Origin: Candidatus Micrarchaeota archaeon | GTDB lineage: Archaea; Micrarchaeota; Micrarchaeia; Anstonellales; Bilamarchaeaceae | Length of the DNA: 64,000 bases | Assembly: GCA_018812625.1 (NCBI GenBank) | Contig: JAHJDH010000033.1 | Location: forward strand, 3,622-67,621 | Reading direction: 5' to 3' | In this document: positions 8,951 to 18,875 of the stretch, one piece after another | Layout of the letters: every line of letters begins with the position of its first letter | How positions within the stretch are numbered: the stretch's first letter is position 1 | The notes under the pieces: generated by a model | Told to the model about the DNA's origin: nothing | Seen by the model: the letters and a program-made list of their open reading frames with translations, nothing else | Database searches by the model: none | Position numbers and translations under genes: made by a program

Positions 8951-9468
8951 CTCTTGCAACAGTAAGAAGACTTGCAGCTGATATTCTTAATATTGGAAAG
9001 AGTAGAGTCAGATTCAGCCCAGATGGTCTTAAGGAAGCAGAAGGAGCACTTACAAGATCTGATGTAAAAGGTCTTATAGATAAAGGAGTAGTCAAAAAAA
9101 TCAAGGTTCTAGGAAGAGACAGCACCGCAAGAAAAAAGAGACGCGGAAAAGGAAGAAAGAAGGGAAGCCTTGGAGACCGGAAAAAACTCTGGATGCAAAA
9201 AGTAAGATCCCAGAGGAAACTACTGGTAATTCTTACTGAGTCAGGCACTCTTGCCAAAGAACACAAGAGATCCATATACGGCAAGGTAAAAGGAGGAATT
9301 TTCAAAAGCAAAAGAGCAATGCTTCTTTATCTAAAGGATAACGAACTGATTGCAAAAGATTATGAAATTCCAAAAAAAGAAATGCCTCCAAAAAAAGAAG
9401 TAAAGAAGACTCCGGCAAAAAAAGCACCGGAGAAAAAAGAATCCAAGAAGGAGGGTGAGCAAAAATGA
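8947..9468 (+). CDS. rpl19e: 50S ribosomal protein L19e
   Basis: RRLAADILNIGKSRV, WMQKVRSQRK, YGKVKGGIFKS. Confidence 0.95.
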   Translation: MTLATVRRLAADILNIGKSRVRFSPDGLKEAEGALTRSDVKGLIDKGVVKKIKVLGRDSTARKKRRGKGRKKGSLGDRKKLWMQKVRSQRKLLVILTESGTLAKEHKRSIYGKVKGGIFKSKRAMLLYLKDNELIAKDYEIPKKEMPPKKEVKKTPAKKAPEKKESKKEGEQK

Positions 9469-9953
9469 CAAGAGCAAAAGGCCCAAGTTATGTTGTTTAT
9501 TACAGAAGACGAAGAGAAGGGAAAACTGACTATAAAAAGAGGTTAGCCCTTGTTAAAAGCGGCAAAACCAGAATGGTTATTCGCAGAAGCAATAAAGCTC
9601 TTGTAATTCAGTTTGTTGATTTCTATCCAGAAGGAGATAAAACCTTGCTTACTATGAGTAGCAATCAGCTTTCAAAAGATTACAAATGGCCCGCAAAGAG
9701 AAATATCTGGACTGGATATCTCGCAGGTCTTATGGCAGGCAAGCTAGCACAGAAAAAGGGAGTTAAAGAATTTGTCTTGGACGTTGGAATGTATGGTTCA
9801 TCAAAAGGTTCAGTTATATATGCAGCGCTTCAGGGTGCAACTGATTCTGGCCTCAAATCCAATTTTGATTCCAAAATGATTCCTGATTTTTCAACTGTGC
9901 CTGACAAATACAAAAAAGCTTTTGAAGAGGTTAAATCCAAGCTCAACGGGTGA
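9465..9953 (+). CDS. rpl18: 50S ribosomal protein L18
   Basis: RRRREGKTDYKKRL, RMVIRRSN, YLAGL. Confidence 0.96.
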   Translation: MTRAKGPSYVVYYRRRREGKTDYKKRLALVKSGKTRMVIRRSNKALVIQFVDFYPEGDKTLLTMSSNQLSKDYKWPAKRNIWTGYLAGLMAGKLAQKKGVKEFVLDVGMYGSSKGSVIYAALQGATDSGLKSNFDSKMIPDFSTVPDKYKKAFEEVKSKLNG

Positions 9954-9958
9954 TTTTT

Positions 9959-10582
9959 ATGGTAGAGAAAGTTAGAAGTGTTAACATAGATAATTGGGAA
10001 CCGAAAACAGTTATCGGTAAAAAAGTTAAGGAAGGAGAAATCACTACTCTCGAGGAAATCAGGAAATCTGGCAAACCAATTTTGGAGTCAGAAATTATTG
10101 ATACTATTTTCCAAGACCTAGAATCTGAGACATTGGAAGTAAAGATAACTCAGAGAGTTACTGACTCTGGTAAAAGAATTAAGTTCAGAGTTGTCAAAAT
10201 CATTGGAGACCGAAAAGGCCATGTTGGTATTGGCGTTGGTAAAAGCGATGAGATCAAGCCTGCTATGGACTATGCAGTCAAAAATGCAAAAAAGAACATG
10301 ATTTCAATTACATTGGGTTGTGGAAGTTGGGAGTGTAGATGTCCAAACAAACACTCTGCAACAATTAAAACTCATGCTAGAGAAGGAAGTACAGTTGTAA
10401 CCCTCAGGCCAGCTCCAAGAGGACTTGGTCTTGCAGGAAACGACGTTGTGCGCAAAGTTCTTCTGCTTGCTGGAGTCAAAGATATTTGGAGCAATTGTGT
10501 TGGTGGAAAAAATGTTTACAACATGGCTTCTGCTACAACAAAAGCACTGAATAATCTAAATACATTCAAGAGGGCTGAGTAA
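9959..10582 (+). CDS. rps5: 30S ribosomal protein S5
   Basis: WEPKT..GK, QRVTDSG, GCGSWEC, PAPRGLGL. Confidence 0.97.
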   Translation: MVEKVRSVNIDNWEPKTVIGKKVKEGEITTLEEIRKSGKPILESEIIDTIFQDLESETLEVKITQRVTDSGKRIKFRVVKIIGDRKGHVGIGVGKSDEIKPAMDYAVKNAKKNMISITLGCGSWECRCPNKHSATIKTHAREGSTVVTLRPAPRGLGLAGNDVVRKVLLLAGVKDIWSNCVGGKNVYNMASATTKALNNLNTFKRAE

Positions 10583-10583
10583 A

Positions 10584-11015
10584 ATGAAATTAGCAATTTT
10601 ACGAGTTAGAGGTCGCAGGAAAATCAATTATAAAATTGAAGATACACTCAAAATGCTTAGGTTAATTCGACCAAACAATTGTGTTATTGTGGATGATACT
10701 CCACAAAACCTCGGCATGATCATGAAGGTAAAAGATTATGTTGCATACGGTCAGGTTGACGAGCTTACAATCTTCAAATTACTTTCAAAAAGAGGCAAAA
10801 AAGGAAGAATTGATCTTTCTACAGTCATGAAAGAAGACGAAATCAAGAAAGCAGCCTCTGAAATTTTCGGAGGAGCAAAACTTAAAGATTTTGTGAACCC
10901 TGTTTTCAAATTAAGGCCACCTTCAAAAGGTTATAAAAATACCAAGAAAAATTATCCAGAAGGAGATCTTGGTAAGAGAGGAGATATGACAATGCTTCTC
11001 TCAAGAATGATGTGA
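10584..11015 (+). CDS. rpl30: 50S ribosomal protein L30
   Basis: DTLKMLRL, GMIMKVKDYVAYG, FKLRPPSKGY, GDLGKRG. Confidence 0.96.
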   Translation: MKLAILRVRGRRKINYKIEDTLKMLRLIRPNNCVIVDDTPQNLGMIMKVKDYVAYGQVDELTIFKLLSKRGKKGRIDLSTVMKEDEIKKAASEIFGGAKLKDFVNPVFKLRPPSKGYKNTKKNYPEGDLGKRGDMTMLLSRMM

Positions 11016-11020
11016 TATTT

Positions 11021-11437
11021 ATGAAGAGACAAAAGAAACAAAAAGGTAAATTCCTCGCCCAAAGAACTCATGGAAGAGGAAATACAAAAAACCGCAGAGG
11101 AGGCGGTAACCGCGGTGGTCGTGGTATGGCAGGTGTTGACAAGCACAAGTGGAGCTGGGCAATGAATATTGATTCATTATACTTCAGCAAATGTGGTTTT
11201 GCATCTCCAAACAAAAAGAATGTCAAAAAAGTTAATCTTTATGAAATAAACCAAAAAGCAGTTACAGAAAAGCTTGAAAAGAAGGGCGACAAATTCCAGT
11301 TTGCATTTAAGGGCAAGATCCTTGGAATTGGAAACGTTACTGTCCCTCTTTCGATCAAAGCAATTTCCTGGAGCAAATCAGTTGAGAAAAAACTTAGTGA
11401 AACCGGCGGAGAAATCTCGAAACTAGAGGGCTCCTGA
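11021..11437 (+). CDS. rpl15: 50S ribosomal protein L15
   Basis: RTHGRG..NRRGGGNRGGRGMAG..KHKW, KILGIG. Confidence 0.95.
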   Translation: MKRQKKQKGKFLAQRTHGRGNTKNRRGGGNRGGRGMAGVDKHKWSWAMNIDSLYFSKCGFASPNKKNVKKVNLYEINQKAVTEKLEKKGDKFQFAFKGKILGIGNVTVPLSIKAISWSKSVEKKLSETGGEISKLEGS

Positions 11438-11449
11438 AGGTGTTAACTA

Positions 11450-12943
11450 ATGGCTGGAATAATTGATATAATCCATTCGTTTCACAAGGTTCTTCCTACT
11501 GTAAAAGGCCCTGATAAGCCGCTTGGATCCAATGACAAATTACTTTGGACAGGACTTGCTCTTGTTCTTTATTTCATGATGTACCAGACCACAGTGTTTG
11601 GTGTTCCTCATACTACTGGCGGAGTTGATTTCCTGCAGACTATTACTGCAGCAAGAATCGGAAGTCTTCTTACTACTGGTATTGGTCCTCTTGTTCTATC
11701 GAGCATTTTCCTGCAGCTTTTCGTAGGTGCAGGTCTTATTAATTTGAATCTCAAAGACAAGAATGATAAAATAAAATTTGCAGAGACTCAAAAAGTTCTT
11801 GCAATTCTTTTGGCACTTGCAGAAGCTTTGATCTTCGTTGTGTTTACGCAGATAGTTCCTCTTGCTCCTGTTGCCGGGCTATCGCCAATGGTGGTCATGG
11901 TGCTTGTAGTGCTGCAGATTACCTTAGGTTCCATTCTTATCCTATTCTTGGATGAGATTGTAACCAAGTACGGAATTGGCAGTGGTATCAGTCTTTTCAT
12001 TGCAGCCGGTGTTTCCTTTGCAGTGTTTGCAGGAGTAATATCTCTTATATTCGGCGCGCAGGGAGTAATTGAAACAATATCAGGAGGAGGTGCTGAAGCG
12101 CTTCCAAACGCACTGCTTGTGCTCCTTCCATTTGCATTTACAATGCTGGTTTTCCTGGCAGTTGTATATGCAGAGGGTGTAAAAGTTGAAATTCCGATTG
12201 CATTTCAGCGTGTTCGTGGAATGGTTCCAAAACTTCCACTCAAATTCTTCTATGTTTCTAATATCCCGGTCATATTTGCCAGCGCTCTTATTATGAATAT
12301 CCAGCTGTTTTCTGGAGGAGTTCTTGCCGGACAATACTGGGCAGACCAGACAACAGGAGAAGCTATTGATCAATTCAATGATATTGGAGCTGGATATGAT
12401 TTTGACAAGCACGGATTCCTTCCTTTGGTTGGATATGTTGATCAAAATGGTCAGCTTCGAGACGGGCTCTTATACTTCTTTACTCCGCTTTATGCCGGCA
12501 GTGGCGGCACTGTTGCACAGTGGAACTTAGTTTCTGGAGGACACACTCCCATTTTAGGAATTCCAGAATGGATTCATGCTTTTTCATATGTAATCCTCCT
12601 GTCTCTTGTTTCCATAATATTCGGTTTGTTCTGGGTTGAAACATCTAACATGGATGCAAAAAGTGTTGCAGGCCAGCTCTCAGATTCAGGTATCCAGATT
12701 CCTGGTTTCAGGAGAGACCCGAGAATGCTTGAGACAATACTAAACAAGCACATATTCCCGCTTACTGTTATGGGTTCATTTGCTGTTGGTCTTCTTGCAG
12801 GAGTTGCTGATCTGACAGGAGCACTTGGTACTGGAACTGGTATATTGCTTACTGTAGGTATACTGCACAGAATGTATGAACAGCTAGAGCAAATGAAGGC
12901 TATTGACAGCAATCCGATGCTAAGTAAATTATTTGGAGGATAG
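11450..12943 (+). CDS. secY: Preprotein translocase subunit SecY
   Basis: GIGPLV, KYGIGSGISLFIAAGV, FYVSNIPVIF, IPGFRRD, GTGILLTV. Confidence 0.98.
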   Translation: MAGIIDIIHSFHKVLPTVKGPDKPLGSNDKLLWTGLALVLYFMMYQTTVFGVPHTTGGVDFLQTITAARIGSLLTTGIGPLVLSSIFLQLFVGAGLINLNLKDKNDKIKFAETQKVLAILLALAEALIFVVFTQIVPLAPVAGLSPMVVMVLVVLQITLGSILILFLDEIVTKYGIGSGISLFIAAGVSFAVFAGVISLIFGAQGVIETISGGGAEALPNALLVLLPFAFTMLVFLAVVYAEGVKVEIPIAFQRVRGMVPKLPLKFFYVSNIPVIFASALIMNIQLFSGGVLAGQYWADQTTGEAIDQFNDIGAGYDFDKHGFLPLVGYVDQNGQLRDGLLYFFTPLYAGSGGTVAQWNLVSGGHTPILGIPEWIHAFSYVILLSLVSIIFGLFWVETSNMDAKSVAGQLSDSGIQIPGFRRDPRMLETILNKHIFPLTVMGSFAVGLLAGVADLTGALGTGTGILLTVGILHRMYEQLEQMKAIDSNPMLSKLFGG

Positions 12944-12945
12944 CA

Positions 12946-14208
12946 GTGGTCCGGGTTTTTATTGAGACTTATGGCTGCACTTTGAATCAGGCTGATAGTG
13001 ACATACTCAAAGCCTTAGTACAAGAGCGGCACGAGATTGTCCTGAATGAGGATGAGTGCGAGCTTATAATTCTCAATACATGTACAGTAAAAGGCACAAC
13101 TGAGAATAAAATTTTTTCAAGACTTGAAACATTATCCAAAAAGTTTGTTGTATGCGGATGCATGGATGCAGAGCGAATTAGAAAATTTGCACCAAATGCT
13201 CCGATTGTCGGAACTTCTTCTCTAAATTCAATAAATGATGCAATTGATGATGCTTTAGCTGGAAAATCAACTATTTACAAAAAACCAGAGAGCAAAGATT
13301 ATCTTCCAAAACTTTTATCTGCTCCGATTATGAGAATTCCTATCAATGATGGGTGTCTTTCCTCATGCAATTTTTGCCAGACTAAGCTATCCCGTCCTTA
13401 TCTTCGAAGCTACTTCCCAAAAACAATTGTTAACTGGATCAATAAAAGTGTAGGGGCAGGAGCTCGCGAGATTCAGCTGACTAGTATGGATTCTGGGGCG
13501 TATGGACGCGATATCAAAACTAATCTCATCGAATTGCTTGATCTTATACTAGATGATAATAGCAGCACCAAATCCGAAGAAGAATATCTGATTCGTTTGG
13601 GAATGCTCAATCCAAATCATGCAAAAGAAATGCTTCCAGAGCTGATCCGGATTTTCAAAAACAGGAAATTCTATAAATTCCTTCATGTTCCTGTGCAAGC
13701 AGGATCTGAAAAAGTGGTCAAAGAAATGAACCGCGACCATAGTGTTGCTGATTTTGTTGAGATTGCAAATGCCTTTAGAAGAGAAATTCCTGAATTTGTT
13801 ATTTCAACAGATATTATTGTAGGCTATCCAACTGAAACTGAGGATGATTTTGAAAAGACTTTGGACCTGCTTCGAAATGTTCGCCCTGACATAATAAACA
13901 TCTCAAGATTCAGTCCAAGGCCAGGAACCAAAGCTCAAAAGCTCAAACAACTTCCAACGCAGGAACTGAAGCGAAGAAGCAGGGAAACAACTCTCCTCTC
14001 TAGCGAGATAAGGTCTCAAAGCAGAAGAAATTTAATAGGTAAAGAATATACTATACTGATCACTGAAAGCTACCCTGATTTTCGAGGAAGAAATGTCAAC
14101 TACCAGCAGGTGGTTGTAAAAGAATTTGGGGGCAAGCTTGGTGAAAGAGCAAAAGTAAAAATTATTGATGCGGACCAAAATTCGCTATTTGGAGAAATTA
14201 TAATATAA
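12946..14208 (+). CDS. mtaB: MiaB-like radical SAM tRNA methylthiotransferase (archaeal MtaB/e-MtaB)
   Basis: ETYGCTLNQADS, NTCTVK, GCLSSCNFC radical SAM motif, TDIIVGYPTET, C-terminal TRAM-like region. Confidence 0.9.
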   Translation: MVRVFIETYGCTLNQADSDILKALVQERHEIVLNEDECELIILNTCTVKGTTENKIFSRLETLSKKFVVCGCMDAERIRKFAPNAPIVGTSSLNSINDAIDDALAGKSTIYKKPESKDYLPKLLSAPIMRIPINDGCLSSCNFCQTKLSRPYLRSYFPKTIVNWINKSVGAGAREIQLTSMDSGAYGRDIKTNLIELLDLILDDNSSTKSEEEYLIRLGMLNPNHAKEMLPELIRIFKNRKFYKFLHVPVQAGSEKVVKEMNRDHSVADFVEIANAFRREIPEFVISTDIIVGYPTETEDDFEKTLDLLRNVRPDIINISRFSPRPGTKAQKLKQLPTQELKRRSRETTLLSSEIRSQSRRNLIGKEYTILITESYPDFRGRNVNYQQVVVKEFGGKLGERAKVKIIDADQNSLFGEIII

Positions 14209-14221
14209 AGAGGATTTTGAT

Positions 14222-14752
14222 ATGATAATTGCAATGGGTCTTCCTGGAGCTGGAAAAACTACGGTTTTGAAGAATGTTAAGTCTGACTATGTGCTTGTTA
14301 ATTATGGGGATCTTATGTTTGAGATCGAGCAAGAGCATTTTGGAATCAAAGATCGGGATGATATGAGAAAGCTTCCAATTGAAAAACAAAAACAAGCACA
14401 AAAAATGGTTTATGAAAGGCTTGCTAAGATGGATGGAAAAGTGATTCTTGATACTCACTGCTCAGTAAATACTCCATCAGGTTTTTTCCCAGGCCTTCCA
14501 CTTGATTACCTTAAGATGCTCAAAGTAGATTCACTTGTTCTTATTACTGCAGATGTTGAGGAAGTAGCAAAGAGAAGAGCAGAAGATCCTACTCGAAAAA
14601 GGGATTCTGATGACGTGGCACTTCATGATAATATGAATAGAGCATTTCTTGCTGCTTACAGTGCTGCAACTGGCGCTCCTGCTGTGATCATCTTTAACAG
14701 GCAAGGAAAACTGGAAGAAGCAGTTGCACAATTTGAAAAAATACTTGGATGA
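14222..14752 (+). CDS. adkA: Archaeal adenylate kinase
   Basis: GLPGAGKTT, NYGDLM, RDDMRKL, DTH, GFFPGLP. Confidence 0.93.
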   Translation: MIIAMGLPGAGKTTVLKNVKSDYVLVNYGDLMFEIEQEHFGIKDRDDMRKLPIEKQKQAQKMVYERLAKMDGKVILDTHCSVNTPSGFFPGLPLDYLKMLKVDSLVLITADVEEVAKRRAEDPTRKRDSDDVALHDNMNRAFLAAYSAATGAPAVIIFNRQGKLEEAVAQFEKILG

Positions 14753-14756
14753 TTAT

Positions 14757-16028
14757 ATGCTAGACATTCGCTTAATCCGTGACAATATTGAAAAAGTCGA
14801 AGAATCACTGCGCATCAGGCATTATGAAGGCGATGCAACAGATGCACTAGCTCGAATCAAGGATCATGATCTATCATGGCGCAAAGTAAAAAAAGAAGAT
14901 GATGAGCTTAGAGCAGAGCGCAATAAGCTCGGCCCAGAGATTGCAAAAGCGAAAAAAGCAGGAGAACCTGCGGATGATCTACTCAAGCGATCAACAGAAA
15001 TCAGCAACAAAATAAAAAATCTGACTCTTGAAACAAATACTCTTGAAGAAAAGATCAAAGATGAACTACTTTATCTGCCAAACATTCCCGATGATTCGGT
15101 TCCACATGGGAAAACCGAGGCAGACAATCCCGAGATTCGAAAGTGGGGCGAGATCAAGAAAACATCAAAGGATGTTCTCTCTCATTTTGATTTGGGTCAG
15201 AAAACCGGTTTAATCGATCATGAGAGGGGAGTAAAACTTGCATGCCACAGGTTTTGCGTTTTATATGGAGATATTGCCAAACTTGAGCGCGCTCTTATCA
15301 ACTTCATGCTTTCTGTACAAACTTCCCGTGGCTATCTTGAAGTTGCGCCACCGTATATTGTAAATACAAAAACAATGACAGGAACAGGCCAGCTTCCAAA
15401 ATTTGCCAGTGACCTCTACAAATGTGATGAGGATCTCTGGCTTATTCCAACTGCCGAAGTTCCACTAACCAACCTTTATTCAGGCGAGGTTCTTGAAGAG
15501 AAAAATCTTCCGATCAAGCTCGCTGCATATACTCCATGCTTTAGAAAAGAAGCTGGGGCATATGGAAAAGATATCAAAGGTTTGATCCGTCAGCATCAGT
15601 TTGACAAAGTGGAGCTTGTTAAGTTTTCTCATCCAAATACAAGCTTCCAGGAACTCGAAGCTTTGACAAAAGATGCAGAGAGGATTCTTGAACTCCTTGA
15701 AATTCCATACAGGGTAATTGAATTATGCACTGGAGACCTTGGCTTTGGAGCTGCAAAAACATATGATATCGAAGCATGGATTCCGTCACAAGATCGTTAT
15801 AGGGAAATCTCATCATGTTCAAACTGCACTGATTTCCAGGCAAGACGCGCCAATATAAAATTCCGAACTGGAGATCATCTTGAATATGTCCACACATTAA
15901 ATGGAAGCGGACTTGCAGTTGGAAGGACTTTGATTGCACTTCTTGAAAATCATCAGGAAGATGGACAAATTCTAATTCCAAAAGTTCTTCAGGACTTTAT
16001 GGGCAAGGAACTTATTGATATTCGGTAA
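14757..16028 (+). CDS. serS: Serine--tRNA ligase
   Basis: MLDIRLIR, GTGQLPKF, LIPTAEVP, FRKEAG, RQHQFDKVE, EISSCSNCTDFQARR, TLNGSGLAVGR. Confidence 0.98.
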   Translation: MLDIRLIRDNIEKVEESLRIRHYEGDATDALARIKDHDLSWRKVKKEDDELRAERNKLGPEIAKAKKAGEPADDLLKRSTEISNKIKNLTLETNTLEEKIKDELLYLPNIPDDSVPHGKTEADNPEIRKWGEIKKTSKDVLSHFDLGQKTGLIDHERGVKLACHRFCVLYGDIAKLERALINFMLSVQTSRGYLEVAPPYIVNTKTMTGTGQLPKFASDLYKCDEDLWLIPTAEVPLTNLYSGEVLEEKNLPIKLAAYTPCFRKEAGAYGKDIKGLIRQHQFDKVELVKFSHPNTSFQELEALTKDAERILELLEIPYRVIELCTGDLGFGAAKTYDIEAWIPSQDRYREISSCSNCTDFQARRANIKFRTGDHLEYVHTLNGSGLAVGRTLIALLENHQEDGQILIPKVLQDFMGKELIDIR

Positions 16029-16033
16029 TCCAA

Positions 16034-16759
16034 ATGGAAAAAAAGAAGAAGTTCTATTGCAAAAGCAGCGATGGGAATATCACTTATACTACTGACGGTA
16101 ATTTTATTTATGCAGAAGTTGGAAGCGACAGTATGAAGCTTGGCCTTTTTGATGGTCACTACTACAAGCTTAAGATTTACAAAAAGGTTCCAATTCTTGA
16201 AGTTGATGGGGTGCGGATGCATCTTATCAAAGATTTTGACAGCCCTCTTGATTATTCAAGAGAAGTTGTCAAAGAACTAAATATTCCATCAAAAGGTGAA
16301 CATTCTATTCTTGATACATGTATGGGACTTGGATACACTGCAATTGCCGCTGCAAAAAAGAAATATGTCAAGTCAGTTATAACATGCGAAATTTCTGAAG
16401 CTGTAATCAACCTTGCGCAATGGAATCCTCTTGGAGAATTACTATTCAAGGATAAAAAAATAGTTATTATGCGCGGAAGCGCGGCAGAGCTGATAACAAC
16501 TTTTTCTGCATCTACTTTCTCATTTATCATCCATGATCCGCCCAGGTTTTCGCATGCGCCTGAGTTATATTCAACTGAATTTTACAAAGAACTATTCCGT
16601 GTTTGCAAAAAAGGCGCTCGGATTTTCCATTATGTAGGTTCTGTTGGCAAGAAAAAAGGCCGCAACATAGAAAAAGAGGTTGAAAAAAGACTTCTCGAGG
16701 TCGGGTTTAAATCTATTAAATATTCAAAAAGGCTCCAGGGGCTTTTTGCCAGTAAGTAG
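16034..16759 (+). CDS. Class I SAM-dependent methyltransferase (archaeal, COG2521-like)
   Basis: LEVDGVRMH, ILDTCMGLGYTA, IIHDPPRFS, ELYSTEFY. Confidence 0.85.
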   Translation: MEKKKKFYCKSSDGNITYTTDGNFIYAEVGSDSMKLGLFDGHYYKLKIYKKVPILEVDGVRMHLIKDFDSPLDYSREVVKELNIPSKGEHSILDTCMGLGYTAIAAAKKKYVKSVITCEISEAVINLAQWNPLGELLFKDKKIVIMRGSAAELITTFSASTFSFIIHDPPRFSHAPELYSTEFYKELFRVCKKGARIFHYVGSVGKKKGRNIEKEVEKRLLEVGFKSIKYSKRLQGLFASK

Positions 16760-16793
16760 TCTTTTATAATATTCCTCATACTAACACATTATT

Positions 16794-17207
16794 ATGAAAA
16801 GAAAAACTCGCGGCAGTCCAACTGGTAGCAAAATTCTAGATCATATATCTGGCAAGAAGCTAGGCCCAGATCATCTCCAGACCGAAGATTCTTCTGCAAT
16901 GCTAATCTTTGCTCTTGATAATGATAAATCTGATGTTCGCATCATGGCAGTAAGAGGCCTTAGTGTAATTGCTCTTGCTTCTTCAAATGATGCTGTTCTC
17001 TCAAAAAGGTTGCTTGATCTACTGGAATTCCATGCAGTTTCTTCTGAACATGAAGATGTTAGGAAAGAATGCATTGATGCTCTTGCGCTTATAGAAGGAC
17101 CAGGGAGAATAAGCAAACTTAGTTTTGAAATTGGTTGTTTTGCAACTAAATGTTATCGCGATAAAGTGCTTCTTGAATTAGAAAAAGAAAGAGAAATGCC
17201 TAATTGA
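16794..17207 (+). CDS. HEAT-repeat-like hypothetical protein
   Basis: Two HEAT-like units (DVRIMAVRGL; EDVRKECIDAL). Confidence 0.55.
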   Translation: MKRKTRGSPTGSKILDHISGKKLGPDHLQTEDSSAMLIFALDNDKSDVRIMAVRGLSVIALASSNDAVLSKRLLDLLEFHAVSSEHEDVRKECIDALALIEGPGRISKLSFEIGCFATKCYRDKVLLELEKEREMPN

Positions 17208-17208
17208 T

Positions 17209-18771
17209 TTATTTTTTAATTAGAATCTTATCTTGCGATTGTATCATTCCGCCATAAATACTGCCAACTGTTCCATATCCAGATTCCAGGTAAATATCTC
17301 CAGATTTCATGCTTTGGCCTATATTGTTTCCTGATGTTCCAAGCACATCAATATACCCGCCATTCATACCAAGACCAAGGAAATCGCCCGTATCTCCAGT
17401 AATTATTATGGAACCTCCTTGTTTCCATGCGCCAGTACCATAACCTGCAGAACCCTCAACAATCATAAGTCCATTATCCTGCATCTCACAACCAGTATGT
17501 GATCCAAGGTTTCCAAATACTCTGATAATTCCATCATTTCTATATCCGAGCAAACTGACTTTTTTGCCAAGGCCCGTAAAATCAAAAGTGTGGAACATGC
17601 TTTCTCCGCCATTTACTAGCGCGCTGAGAAATATTCCTGCCTTTCTGCCAAACATGTGATCATTTTGGAAACACTCAATTGCTTTGCTGAATCGAAGCAG
17701 GTCTCTTCCACTATATTCGAGTGCGGTTGCCATTCCCAATATTTCATCATAGCTTCTCTCAATGTCAAAATTATCAAATCTAAAGAGCATCCATGCATCT
17801 ATCAAGTCCTTTAGTGTTTCATCCTCGCCATTTTTTACAAATGGATAAAGCTGCCGGTCTCCAATAAATGTTTCACCGCCCTTGCCTGGTTTGCCAAGTG
17901 TGTTCTCGAGGTCTTCTCTTACAATTATCACTCCTCCAGATCTTCTTGGGCCTACATAGCTTCCTCCGTATCCAACAGTGATAACCCCTCCTTTCTGAAA
18001 CAGGCCAATCAGAGAGCCTCCAAATCCATCAACATGGATTGTGCCTCCTTTCATTCTGCCTCCAACAATCATGGAGACATCTCCAATCAAAATCTTTTGC
18101 TGTGGGGTGCCTTGATGGACTACGCATATATGTGCCAAGCTGCCAACGTTTCCAAAGATGCGGATCATTCCTCCTTCCATGTCTGCTCCAACATGCCCGA
18201 AAACATTTTCATTAATGTAAATTTCTCCCCCGCTCATCCCATCTCCGACATTGCCATGTACGCTGCCTTCAACAGTAATGGATCCATCTTCCATCAAACT
18301 TGCAAGTCCGTCACCAACATCTCCTATTACTCTGACATTTTTGACGTTCTTGTACCCTAGCAATGTTAATTTTTTATTGTAAAGCGTAGTATTAACAGTA
18401 TATCCATCATCCATTCCAGAATTAATCATTGCACTGATAATCAAACCTGCCTTGTAGCTGAAATTCTCGTCTCTTTGGAACTGTTTGATCTGTTGGCAAA
18501 AATTTTCAACATCATGAACTGAATAATTGCTGCCACTACACAATTCATTTGCCTTACCATAAATTTCTGATAGTTCTGAGGATTCTACTTTTTTCCAGAT
18601 TGTAGCTGCACTAAGTTTTGGGGATTTAACCTCTCTAATATGACTTACTAGTCTGATGCCCTCTTCTTCTGGCCTTTTTCCGTTAAGTGGTTTTTTTCCA
18701 TCAAAACCATTAACCTTAGGGATACCCTTCTCTACCTTCTTCGCAACTTGTTGTGTTTCCATGATCGCCAC
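17209..18771 (-). CDS. Tandem GXGXG-motif (FwdC/GltB-C-like beta-helix) protein
   Basis: Repeated I.V.G.aG..lG..M.GG units in two blocks, each preceded by a homologous helical segment (KAGLIISAMIN / KAGIFLSALVN). Confidence 0.75.
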   Translation of the reverse strand: MAIMETQQVAKKVEKGIPKVNGFDGKKPLNGKRPEEEGIRLVSHIREVKSPKLSAATIWKKVESSELSEIYGKANELCSGSNYSVHDVENFCQQIKQFQRDENFSYKAGLIISAMINSGMDDGYTVNTTLYNKKLTLLGYKNVKNVRVIGDVGDGLASLMEDGSITVEGSVHGNVGDGMSGGEIYINENVFGHVGADMEGGMIRIFGNVGSLAHICVVHQGTPQQKILIGDVSMIVGGRMKGGTIHVDGFGGSLIGLFQKGGVITVGYGGSYVGPRRSGGVIIVREDLENTLGKPGKGGETFIGDRQLYPFVKNGEDETLKDLIDAWMLFRFDNFDIERSYDEILGMATALEYSGRDLLRFSKAIECFQNDHMFGRKAGIFLSALVNGGESMFHTFDFTGLGKKVSLLGYRNDGIIRVFGNLGSHTGCEMQDNGLMIVEGSAGYGTGAWKQGGSIIITGDTGDFLGLGMNGGYIDVLGTSGNNIGQSMKSGDIYLESGYGTVGSIYGGMIQSQDKILIKK

Positions 18772-18875
18772 ATTTTACTTTATTAACCCACTTTTATCTA
18801 GATGTGTTTATAAAGGTAACCTAGTGTGCATGAAATCTAGGCCGTGGAAGAAAAAAGAAGAGAAAATTTAAAAAC

